NCBI GenBank assembly: GCA_011109175.1
Contig: RDEW01000067.1
Span: forward strand, 62,001 to 126,000
Origin: Dicyema japonicum
Taxonomy: Eukaryota > Animalia > Dicyemida
Length of the DNA: 64,000 bases
Direction: 5' to 3'
The position numbers were made by a program, and so were the translations under genes. The notes beneath the pieces were generated by a model, which saw only the letters and a program-made list of their open reading frames with translations, had not been told where the DNA came from and did not search any database. Below, one piece after another: positions 27,509 to 38,985 of the stretch (its first letter is position 1; the number at the start of each line of letters is the position of its first letter).

Positions 27509-30154
27509 TTTCTTATTAAACTTAAGCACTTTTTAATTTACTTACCCCTAAGTGGGAGAAATCGATGACTAACAGAAATGTAACAACCTGGGTCAGTGAC
27601 TTGTCTGATGTGATCAGAAATCGAAGTGGTTTTCGTGTGGGCGATCTACTCGTGGAGAAAATTGCCTAAACTTATAACGAATAGGCCTAACTTCTCTTCC
27701 TTACTCAACAACTACAAAATAGTTTGCTTGGAAGTGGCCAAAAGCGATTCTGGGGTCAACTTTGGTCCCCCTGATTACTGAAACGAAAGAAATTGAATGT
27801 ATGAGACAATCTTATGCGATACAGGATACCCCATTGACCTGGTTGACATCCAAGAATTCTATATGTCTGGGGGAACATTGAATAGTAGTCATGCGGATGG
27901 TATGTAGTGAATGCAGCTGAATTTTCCACATCATTGATTTGGCGGACACTTTCCAAAAGTAATTATTAAGTTTAGGAAGACTACTTTAAGTGCAGAAAAA
28001 ACCGCATTTTCGTGAAAATTGTAGTGGAAAAACTATTACCCTGTTAGTTCCTACAATGCTTTTAGTAAAGAAGTCCCTGAGTGGATAACTTTGTGTTTGC
28101 TAAACTAGATAAATCTGGTTTAAGTAGTTTTTAAATTTCAAGGTGAGTCAAGGATCCTGCTAGGATCGGAGTGTGATAGTCTGCAATCGCTTGAGAAGAC
28201 GTAGCGGACATTTAATGCGAGCAACTAAGGTACCATACAGCGTAGGAGTGTCCCTGTGTCGAAGTATAAAAATCTGTCACCGATTGGTGTTTGGATTAAC
28301 TCTCCACGATCACTACGTGTGTTTTAAGCTGTATGATGACTAGCATGGCTTTAAAGATATTAACAATTCCGTTGATATCTGACTCAAGGTTTTATCACAT
28401 TCCCAGAGTCCGACACAGACCAGTGAGTTCTCAGCCAAAACACATATTTTAGTCTCTCAGAAATATCTCGAGTGAGAATTTAGAGTGAGAATTTAGTTAA
28501 GGTCTCCTTACTTATCCTTGACCACTGGACTCGACATGGAAGTCAAGGATCTAGAAGCGACCTACATGGCGCTTTCTAATGGTCTCCAGCTTCATGCTAG
28601 CAAAACTGAGGTCAAAAATTTATGATCTTTGGAGTAACTCAGAACGGATTGAGAGTTACCCTTTCATGATCACAAAGTCATATTTTGGAAGAACGATGAG
28701 TCCACTCTCCGTGTTTTTCCAAGTAGGCCCATTATTTCTAAGTTTTTAATTTAATGAGAATTTAAGAAATTTTTTGTGGTAAAATTAATCAGAAAATTTT
28801 TTAACTATAAAATTTCGAAGAGAATGAGACGTAAGTAGAGATGGGCTTTAAGGTGAGAGGATCTAGCCCTCTGCTTCATCTAGCTTCACCGCTGAATTCC
28901 TTAGGTTTTGTGTACTACGTACCTCGCTCGTTTTCAATATCACACTCGAAGTATGCCTTCCATTACATATCCTTGTTTTCCATTGCGATTTGATGGACTC
29001 GGAGACAATGGTACCTGAAGTTCTGAACAAGCTAAACGTCAAGTGCCCCTTGAATCTGGGTTCGAATTTTAACGGTCCAAATTGATTGAACTTGGAGGCA
29101 CATGGTAGTTAATATCTGTCGTGTGCAATAGATATGTTACCACCATCCGGGCAACTAACTACTCAACTTGTTTTACGTGTATATCTAATAAAATCTCCTT
29201 TCTTAGCATTTTTGATTTAAATTTAAATAAATTATTATTATTTTGCTTTGACTTGACGAGTGACGGCGTCATTAGTGAACATCTCACTGCGGAACCGGAT
29301 CCTCAACAAAAGGACTCACCCAACAAAAATAAAAAATATGTGAAGAACATTCCTGGGTCTCCCTCATCGATTAGATATGATAACTGTTCTTTACTTAAAT
29401 AAAGTGTGTCCTGCCTGGGAGGAGCCGTAGCTAATATGGTTCCTCATAAAGTGCAGTATTATTATTCTTGTGATTATAAGAATATATGCTTTAAACCAAT
29501 TTCAGAGATTTCTCGTCAAAATTCTATTATAGAAGCCAGGTAAACATGGTTTGGCAATCACTCCTTTTACTCTGTTCTTACTCCACCATTGTTAATATTG
29601 TTACTAAACTCTCCCTGAATTAAACGTTTTTATGTTCAACCTCAAAATTCCACGTCATTAATACCGACGCACCACATGGTTTTATCAACATCAAATAAAT
29701 AATTTGGACTTTTCTCCCCCAATCCTAAAATAGAGAATCTCCTGGATCCGATTGCACAAAAGCGGAAACATTATAACAGAAAAAATGACCTTAAATGGCC
29801 AATTCGTCTTCCCGCCTGTAGCAGTTGAAACCTCGAGGTTCTCTTCCCTTCCTGTTATCATTGGCTCGTTGATGGCCCTAAAGAAGAGGGTCGGTCGAGA
29901 AGTGAGGAGGGAGTGGTTACTGCCCGATTAACTATTTGGTTTTAAAGAATGCGGTTAAAAATAAAAACTCCAAATTATTCCAATAACCAGTCCTCAATAA
30001 CGCTGACCATAAGGAGTAATGGTTTCCCCTGATTATCCCCACAGCCCTGTGGTGGTAGTTACCATTCCAAGACTTCCAAAACAGATAAAATTTATGTATT
30101 GATTGCGGCCATTAAATTCAAAATTCGTCAAAAATGGCATAAATTCCAGTTTCC

Positions 30155-30561
30155 ATGGATAAATGTAATGTGATAAAATGTGGGGCCAGTAGTATTCCTC
30201 CTTCCCTCGTGTTGTTATACACTGTTAACAACAAAACACGAAAAATGACCCTCTCTTTGAAGATCAAAGCCGAAATGACAGCTGAAAGTATTATCAAGAG
30301 GATAAAGGACAAGTACCACAATATTATCATTTTAGAAAGTTACTGAACAAGCTAAAGCCCTCCCAGTTGTCCAGATTAGTCACGTTCATAATCGACGTAA
30401 ATATTCATAAGCTGTCTATTGAGGAAGCCAAAGAGAAGGCATATTCGACGCCAAATTCTCGAAATAATGGCTTTCACTTTAAAAAAGAGGACTTGGAATC
30501 CTCCGAGAGTTATGGATGGGACTCTTTTAATGATGATAGTGAAGATAATACTTATTTTTAA
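30155..30561 (+). CDS. CEP19: Centrosomal protein 19-like, two exons (intron 30313-30335)
   Basis: KCGASSIPPSLVLLY..KTRK matches CEP19 KCGIRFQPPAIILIY..KIRQR; SQLSRLVTFI matches RQLEKLFSFL; acidic GWD C-terminus. The 23-nt intron joins the two ORFs in frame. Confidence 0.75.
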
Positions 30562-30611
30562 TATCAACTCATATATTTAACATTATAAATATTAAATTAT
30601 TATTAAACTTA

Positions 30612-30885
30612 AGTATGTGGTGGACTGCCTGTTTGAAGACCTCCTTCCTTCTGGTGGCGTCATCGGATCCACCTTACTCAAGAGACGCCCAATTTCTGGC
30701 CGGCATTCAAAAGGATCCACCTATTCATACAGGGAGACAATTTAGTTCCCTGGTGACGAGTTCTAGGATCGACCTCAGCTTCCCGGACAGTGTCCTCTGG
30801 ATCAAGTGCTTGGGTGAAACTTCTGATGGAACGCGACAGGATTAAGGAATTAGTCTGGTTTTACCTTGCCCTTTTGAATAATTTA
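30612..30885 (+). mobile_element. SINE-like element (copy D); pseudoknot at 30656-30718
   Basis: P1 GGCGTC/GACGCC and P2 GGATCC/GGATCC; the downstream tail resembles the LINE 3' end. Confidence 0.65.
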
Positions 30886-31389
30886 ATTAAAGAGTTATGA
30901 TCTCCTCGTCGCTTTTGCAGCACAGCGGGAATTTTTTCAGTGAGGAGGTGGAATTTGCATATCGAATATAAATTATTCTGATTTTTGTATTTGCATAAAT
31001 CCATTTTTGATTTATCGATAAAATCGTTACAAAGCCACAATCTGTTTAGTAAATATATACTTTGGTGAAGACAATAAAAAATATATGTGCAGCTTCTGAT
31101 AGATGGTCCTCTGAGTTCATTTTGGGCCAATGATTCAGAATTTTCGAAATATTTTCAAAGACAGAATCTACAATGCTGGTCTCTAAGTAAGAGGAGACCG
31201 GTATTTATTTTTTTCGGACTACTCTGAAATTGGAAGAAAACAAAAATTAAATTTTTTTATTTCGGCTAAAATTATACCTTTGACATCAAATCAAGATTGG
31301 AATAGCGAGACATTGGCTTTCTTTTAGAACAGATCGGAAATTTAAAGTGAAATTGATATTTTGGGCGTTAAAAGTTATGAGACAATAAT

Positions 31390-32275
31390 CTAAACGCCTG
31401 ACCCCGGTCTCTTAAAGTGAAAAAACCGGTGGCTAAAAATCGTTACAGCCAAGAGCGGATGCTCCCAGAGATCCGACATGGTATATTTGGTTCTGTAAGA
31501 ACTAGCAAGTAGACTCAGACATGAGGAGAGGTGACCAGTCTTATGAGGAGAGGTGAAAGTACTATGAACATAGTGGAGAGGACGATTGTCCAACCTTGTA
31601 CAGATATGAATGTAAATTCAATTGATGACCACATCGTAGGCGACCAGGTGGACGCGAACTATTTGCGATAGGGAAGCTTCACTTCCGTCAACAATAGGTA
31701 GAATACGCTCCTGAACCTTGTTTATACCAAGGCTTCTGATGGCTTTGGTGGATATCTAGTAAAGGATTGTTTTCTTTCGTGACTGAGAGGGCTCAGTCTC
31801 TGTAGAATTCGAGCGTAAGAATAATTCTCCTTTTGTTTGTGGAGACCCAAAGGCAGTGAGCTGGGTGTCCCAGCGTTTTACACTTGTCAAGGAATTGGAG
31901 ACGTAACATCTTGAAATGACCCCTGATTGGACGAATTTTTGATTCTCAGTGTAATTTTTAGAGCAGAGTTTTGAGTCGTTTGTATTTTTTCGACGTCTGT
32001 TATTGATAATCAGGGACCCCAGACAGAAACAGCAAAGTTAATCGTTGTTCTGATAAATAGTGGTCAAGCTCTCTTTGCTCTGGCCAAATGACGTACCCAC
32101 CCGGAGTACGTTGATCTGAGATTTTTCGCATACACATGAGACATGTTTTGAAAATAAAGAAGTATCAAAAATCACACCAAGCATTTTAAGAGTTTTTAAT
32201 CACACGAAGAAGAGCGTTGTTCGTAAATAACGTTAATTGCAAGTTGAATTGACGACGGTCAGTAGTGAAAAACGT
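31390..32275 (-). mobile_element. LINE RT C-terminal/3' fragment
   Basis: LKMLGVIFDT, FAVSVWG, QNSALK, LSDLWEHP; ends CCGGGGTC. Confidence 0.75.
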
Positions 32276-33577
32276 TATTGGTGACTTTTCGTAGAAGGAA
32301 TGAGGAGATTTTGGTTTATCCAAGAAGTTTTGTAAATATGTTCTTGCATGACCATATAAGCAATGGTTGCATCGCGATAGAAAGAGGCAAATATGATATC
32401 ATAGGCAAAAAAGTGTGTCCTTGTTAGTTGAAGTAGTCTTGAATTTAGTTGTAAGTTTAGTTTCTTGGATAGGATTGTGCAACAAGTTACGTAAATCAAT
32501 ACATTTTTTGGAAAGTCCATTGATATTATCAATAAGCACATCTCAAAACTAGTAAAGTTAATTGCTTGTGCCACCTCTCCTGGATGCGTTTTGTTAATCG
32601 CTTCGATAGGTCCCTCAGGTGCTCAAGATCATCTGCCGACGTCAACCTTTTCCTAGTCGAAGCTAGGTCTTGATGTAGAAGGGTTGGTAGAGTAATTCGT
32701 GGTTTTCCCCGGAATGAAAATTATAGTGGTGTTCATCGCGAGATTAGCGGGAGTGTTACTGTTAAGATGTGACCAAATAAGCCTTATCTGTTACTTCTTA
32801 TTTCTCCGTCCAATGGGTGGATATTGTAATGGGAATAGAGGTATTTGTTTGAGATGTGCTTTGACCAGGAGATTCTTAGAATTTATTTGAGCTGCATTCT
32901 TTGAAAAGAGTTCAGACTTTCCATTTCAGGCGTTGTGAGTGCCCAGGTAGAAGAGTTGTTAAAACCGGTTTTACGAACATATTTTATAATTTGATTTTTA
33001 AAGAAACAGAAATTTGTTTACAAATCAATGGTCGATTTTATCGAAATTAATTAAAATCAGTTATTGTATGAATATCCCCAATAAATCAATAATTTATTAA
33101 ATATCATTTTTTAAGTGGAATCTCTTAAAATAAACAAAGTGGAATCTCTGACAGATGATCCTCAAGTTCTTTCAATATTGAACCGGATAAGGTTCGATCT
33201 CAATACCTACTTGGACCTTTCCTTCTTCAATTCCTAGGGAAGTCAACTAACTCAAGAGACACAAAAAGCTTGACATCATCAAAAAAAGATCCCTCTCTTC
33301 TCTACCTTAGTGGGAGGGTTCCCATTATGGCGAATACCTGGATGGGACGTAATGCTAGAAAGTATACGCCCCACCGGAGGAACACGTCACTTATTTTATT
33401 CAGAACTTAAGGTTTTTTATGTCTCCCAAGTCCGTCACCTCTTCCACTATAAAAAGACATGTGGTTTCATCCACCATGAGGCTAAATGGACATTTCACGA
33501 AATAAAGGTAACCTTCCACCAATTAGCGTACAACGGTAACAACAAATAAAGACAATTAAATATATAAAATCTTGAAA

Positions 33578-34544
33578 TCACCTAGATTGGTAATAAATGA
33601 TCCTCAGAGCAATATTGATCTCGTCCATAATATATTTACTCATATTCTTAATATTCTCCCTCAATTTTTTGTCCACAATCCAGTCCTTCTTAATCCTCAC
33701 AACTCCGCCTTCAACACTCACAGGGAATCCAAACACCAAACCACGGGCAACCCCATAAGACCCATCTGAACACACCCCCATCGTAATCTGCTGCTCCGGC
33801 GAAGTATCAAAGTGCAGTGCATGTAGGTGCTTGCACACATTGTATGCCAGAGGAACCGAGGAGAGCAGTTGGGAGTAGTACTGAGTCTCCTACACAATAA
33901 CCAACAACAATACATCACGTGGCACAATGCCGGATAGTGGATTCACTGTATTTGAATATATCAGATAATTCAAAGAGCAGTATCCCAACAAATCGCGTTC
34001 TGGAACAGCTGGGAGGACACACCACTGAAATGGAGGACGGATTGATAGATTGACCAAAGTATTTGCACAAATGAGCCGCCAAATTGGAGCTATCCCCAAC
34101 AATGACAAACTAAATTATATAAGATCGTACTTTGGTGGAATCTGAGACCAGTTTCACGGCGGATTCGAATAGCCTACACTGATCTACGAGGAGGACAAAT
34201 CCGTGTACTCGGTTCTTCACACGACCGATTGTGAATGAGAATATTACGTAATCCACGTCTTTAGAAAACGCCTTCTCCACGTCGTTCGTGGTTGTTAGCT
34301 CTGGAAATTATATAATTGGGCAGACTTAATAATTTGGGGGAAATGCAGTCCATAATATCCATAGAGACACCCCTGAGGATGTCGTAAAACCCGGGACAGT
34401 CGTATAATATCAAATCTAGTTCCTGGAGGTAATTATTAGTCCAAACCATATCATCGAAGGCATGTCCGAGTAGCATAGCTGTATAATGTAATAAGAGATT
34501 CGAGAACAGCCTGAAGTTATTGTTACCTTCACAACATTCTTCAT
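33578..34544 (-). CDS. MDH1B-like (cytosolic malate dehydrogenase family, probably inactive)
   Basis: VKVTITSGCSRISY replaces the GxxGxxG/A NAD motif; LILYD..LRGVSMDIMDCISP; VIVGD; MGVCSDGSYGVARGLVFGFPV. One apparent 1-nt frameshift near 34483. Confidence 0.75.
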
Positions 34545-34679
34545 TTGTTTGGAACCCACGTAAAACCAATTCGAATAATTATCAAATTAAATGAATCTAT
34601 TAATATAATAAATTTTAGTCACTAATTTAAATAATTAATTATTTTTAAATAAATTCAATTTTCTTTTTATTTGGGAAAT

Positions 34680-35232
34680 GACATATTAATCAATTGACTG
34701 CTAGCCCGGAGAAGTCGGTGTTGACCCTATTCACGACAAACAGAAAACTAGGGAAAGTATCAATTGACATCACACTGGATGGAAGAAAATCTCGCAAAAC
34801 AAATACCAGAAAATCCTGGGAGTTACCTTTGACACTTCCTAATCTTTACAAAACGTCGAAAATATGTTATTGACTTGTACGAGGAAAATCAACTCTGAAG
34901 GAGTTCTTGGGAAACCTCAGAGACAAAAAAGATCTGATTGACTGGATGTCATATACAAGAGTTCATCGAGTCTACAATAGGATATGTATGTAATGTCTGG
35001 GGATCTAACTTTGCTGCAACGAATTTGGACAAGATCTGCAACATTCAAATGAAGGCAGCAAACTTACTAAGAAAATATTCCCGGCGAAAATCCTGCCCAG
35101 AAACCTAGAAAATATGATAGAGGCGACTGGAACAGTGCCCCTGCGAAGGATTCAATATGCAGACCGCGTCCATATCGAAAATGCGCAGGAACGCAGTCGA
35201 ACACCGGTTTTCTGGTTTCAATAATAATAATT
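34680..35232 (+). mobile_element. LINE 3' fragment (family of 20780-24045)
   Basis: KILGVTFDT, GYVCNVWGSN, MIEATG; (TAA)n tail. Confidence 0.7.
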
Positions 35233-36651
35233 TTAGTGGGTTAAGCGAATAATAATTTCTATGAAGTTACTTCGAAAATGATACTGACTTATGCCATTGT
35301 GATTGCATCACGTGATCAGGACATCCAGATCGCCACTTTGAGATTGGAACAAAGTGACTGCGAAGATACAGTCATTCGACTGATAAGTGCTTGTGTGGGG
35401 TCGAGGGACGAGCATCGGGCGCAGATGAGGTCCCTGCTAGAGTGTGTTGGATCACGTAATTAGTTAGTTTGTGTAGCCGTTGTCTCTGGTGTTATTAATA
35501 TTTTTATGTGACATTAATGTCGTTTATACTTTATTTTCATGACTTGTCACGATTTTCTTATTTTCAAAACCTAAGTCCTATCATGTGTCTGCAAAGCACC
35601 TTTGAGTTGATAAGTCTAGAACCGCTTTTTGACTATCAGAAAATTTGAAATCACTTATAAATTAAAGCCGCATTCTCGACAAAGTCCCAGGTAACTACCG
35701 TTTTACATTTTTTTGAAATTTGATTATATTTTTTTAATTTTGTTTATTTTATTAATTATCTGATGATAACCAAAAACAACTAACTTAACTGCTTCTAACT
35801 AACCTTCTCCACCCAATAGGCCACCAAGTATCCACTCGCTGTCTCCATGGATTTCTTCATTTCAGAGAAAAAATATCAATAATCCTTTTTATTTAGTATA
35901 TTGGAAATTTTATTTTCATTAAGGATGTAGACACTCCCACCAGTTTTAGATGTCTTCCAAAGTAACGTCGCCTCAAGCACAGGGAACACACCGAGTATTG
36001 AGCTTGTAGTCTCCAAGATGTAGCCCAATGTTTGAGATGGACCATAATTGAAGATGTGATCGGTGTATTCTTAAAACATCAGAATCATCATGAACCAACT
36101 CAAAGTCTGTTTGATTGGGTCACCTTTAGTATTTTCTCACTGAAGTAGAGATTCTGAAGAATTTAGATGATCAACATAAACTACAACCACATAGGCACAC
36201 GACAGATTATTTTTGTTTATTTTATTGATGTAAATCAAAAATAATAAATAAAAATTTTAAAAGTGCATTAATTGTCTGAGATAGACCGCATGACAATAAT
36301 AAACATTGACTTTAAGTCTACTTAGTTTGAACAGTGAGGCAGGGAATGATCATGGAAATACGGTAGAATGACCAGTTTGACTTCCACCCATCTCAGTGAC
36401 ACTTCAAGAGATTTCTAAGATCAAAGTTAGGTCCTTGAAGGCTGAATGTCACAAGATGTTCCTCCCATGCAAATTGACGGAAACGGGGTAACTTCGTAGG
36501 TTTTTGAATTACTCATTCTTTCCCGATCTATTGGGGGGTTCAACGAGGATCACTTGAAATGTAGTCACTTTCTTTTAGCTTATATAATAATCTCAGGACA
36601 ATTAAAGAATCACAAAAAATCACTTCAGACTATAAAAAATATCATAAATTG

Positions 36652-37729
36652 TCAAATTGACTCATTCGACACGGCACCTTTATACATTCTCCCACAAATC
36701 CTAACAATATATTCAATTGGAGGCCTCTCTCTAGGCTCCTTTCTCAGACACACAGACACAAGTTCAATCAACTGGACATCCAAAAACCACAAACCTGTCT
36801 AGAATATATCGTCTCATCTAATGGTTTGTATCCCCCATGCTGAATCTGGTGGCACAGCCCAACCAAACTACACTGTTCTGACTGAAAAGGCACAGTCAGA
36901 CTGGCTATCTCATACAGAATGCAGCCCAGGGACCAAATATCTGATGAAAAAACTGTATCCCGCTTGTCTGATCCTCTCGGGAGACATGTAATATGGCGTC
37001 CCAACTACGCTAAACCGCGTGCTTACCCAAAGAATGGGCCACTGAGGAACCGGAAGAAAAATAACGAGCCAATCCAAGGTCTCCGAGTTTGACCAACCCA
37101 CGTGTTGTGATGTAAATATTCGCAGGTTTTATGTCTAGTGTGAATAAAACCCAAACCTCTGTGCATAATCCGACGAGAATGCATGTGATTGAGTCCGTAG
37201 CAGATTTGAATGAAGTACTTCCAAATGGAGAACTCAGTGAGGCGGCGATTGGCCTTCTTGTACGTCTACGGTTATAAACAGGAGATCACCGAAAGAAACA
37301 TAGCCAGATCTCCCCCATCGGCAATCTCCATGACGATTACAAGATCATTACTGTGGATGAAGGAGGAATGGTGGTGAATGACATTCGGGTGATTTAATTG
37401 CTAAACAAAGACACCAGTCAATAATAAATCAATTTTATTGTATAATAGACATACTTTGAGTAACTCCACTTCTTTGAGGCAGTCATACCTCGCCTTGGCG
37501 TCCGTCATCTCGAAGATCTCTCGTGATTATAAAATTATACCTGAACTTGTTTTAGGGCATAGTATTTCTCATCACTGAGACATTTCCCTTTGTGAACTAC
37601 AGAGAACTGTCCATCTCCAAGTTTTTCCTCCAAGGAAAACTGAGAGAGGGAATTGAACTTATCTCCATTGCACGTGGCCAACAATCTGTCCACCTTTTTG
37701 ACGTAGCAAGATACTTCTTCTTTGTTCAT
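36652..37729 (-). CDS. NEK7: NEK6/NEK7 Ser/Thr kinase
   Basis: LGDGQFSVV, ALKQVQIFEMTDAKARYDCLKEVELLKQLNHPNVI, MHRDIKPANI, KLGDLGLARYFS, VGTPYYMSPERI, SDIWSLGC. One extra T in a homopolymer near 36950. NEK6 and NEK7 cannot be distinguished here. Confidence 0.9.
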
Positions 37730-38985
37730 TAACTGTGACAATTATGATTTTTGATTATTTTATTTATAAATTTAATTTTTTTCAATAAATTTAAATTTTA
37801 TTTATTTTAATTAATTTTTATAAAAATTAACAATTTCCACAAATATGATGTTCATCTGAACAAAGACTACCTTTACTGATTTTTCACGCTAATAATTCTA
37901 TGTACTCTAAAATTAATCTCTGAATATATTGATATTTTCATTATTACAAGTTCTTTCAGGGCTGACGAGATCCGAAGCCGGGTTTTCATGCATCTGGCAT
38001 CCCTTTCCTTTTCATGCATCTGGTAGCTTTCATCCACCACGAAGGTATATAAAGAGGTACGTACCACTCTCCTCCTGACCAATCTAATTTTAAAATATAT
38101 TTTGCAGAATTTAGTTGATAGTTAGATCTTTATAGAGCTAAGATTCGCTGGCATTTGTGGAGTGACAATTGTAGTAATTTGCGTTTCAATGCTGAAACTT
38201 TCTTAAGGATTTAAGGCATTGGGAAAACATACAACAATCGAATGAATACATTTCCAATAAATTGAGTCAGATTAAGTAAAATCTGAAATATTAGAGACCC
38301 TCAAGTGACGTGGCTTCGACACTTATTGGAATGTTCATCCTCTGTGTAAATGCCACTGTCTATTTGGTGCTTATCGTTGTGATCAACCAATTGTCATAGA
38401 TTTCTTTACTGATTCATAGAATTGTGGTAATTCAAAAATATTCAGTTGGGGGAGATAAGGAACCCTGCTTGGAACATTCGAGAAGGAAACCCACCTTTTA
38501 AATATCAAATTTCCATTATAATTTTATCCGACAATTTTTAGTTTCCGACAAAATTAAATTACCTTATTATATTTTAGTAATATAACCCGGACTCACCTAT
38601 TAAATTTTAGCACGTGGTTTTCGCTGTGGGAGATATATTCTCATTGATAGAGAAGTCGAATTTAATTTACTAATCCAGTTTCCCCATGCTAAGGTTGTAA
38701 ATAACCCCGTTTAACGAGCTTTCAAAGACCGAGGCCTAGTGACAACTGCACTGTAAAATTAGCAAATTATAACCGCAACATTAAAATACCGCATTCCTTC
38801 ATTAATCAGCTAATTACATGATGTCGGTTAGTCCATTAGTCAGAGGTGGTGACATAATATGGCACATGTCTTCACTACACGACGGATAAACCACGCGGCT
38901 AACTGGTATACGAATAACTGAGAAAAATACACAAGAAATGAAATTTAAATCTAATCTAATTATCAAGTCCATTTGTTCGCCAAGA

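Noticed and set aside
30691-30699. AATTTCTGG as an Sm site, i.e. the repeated motif as an SL RNA or snRNA
   Set aside because: Not conserved in the other copies, where the same positions form the P4 stem; no splice-donor hairpin.
35780-36220. Possible small minus-strand gene downstream of NEK; similar coding-like DNA at 33134-33550 (+)
   Set aside because: Could not build a stop-free model or recognise a family.
14205-36960. Single-base frameshifts in GLUT (~14216), MDH1B-like (~34483) and NEK (~36950) as programmed frameshifting or RNA editing
   Set aside because: They fall in homopolymer or low-complexity runs with no shared signal; residual assembly indels are more likely.
37960-37995. 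CTGACGA plus hairpin as a hammerhead ribozyme
   Set aside because: No GAAA core after stem II and no stem I/III pairing.
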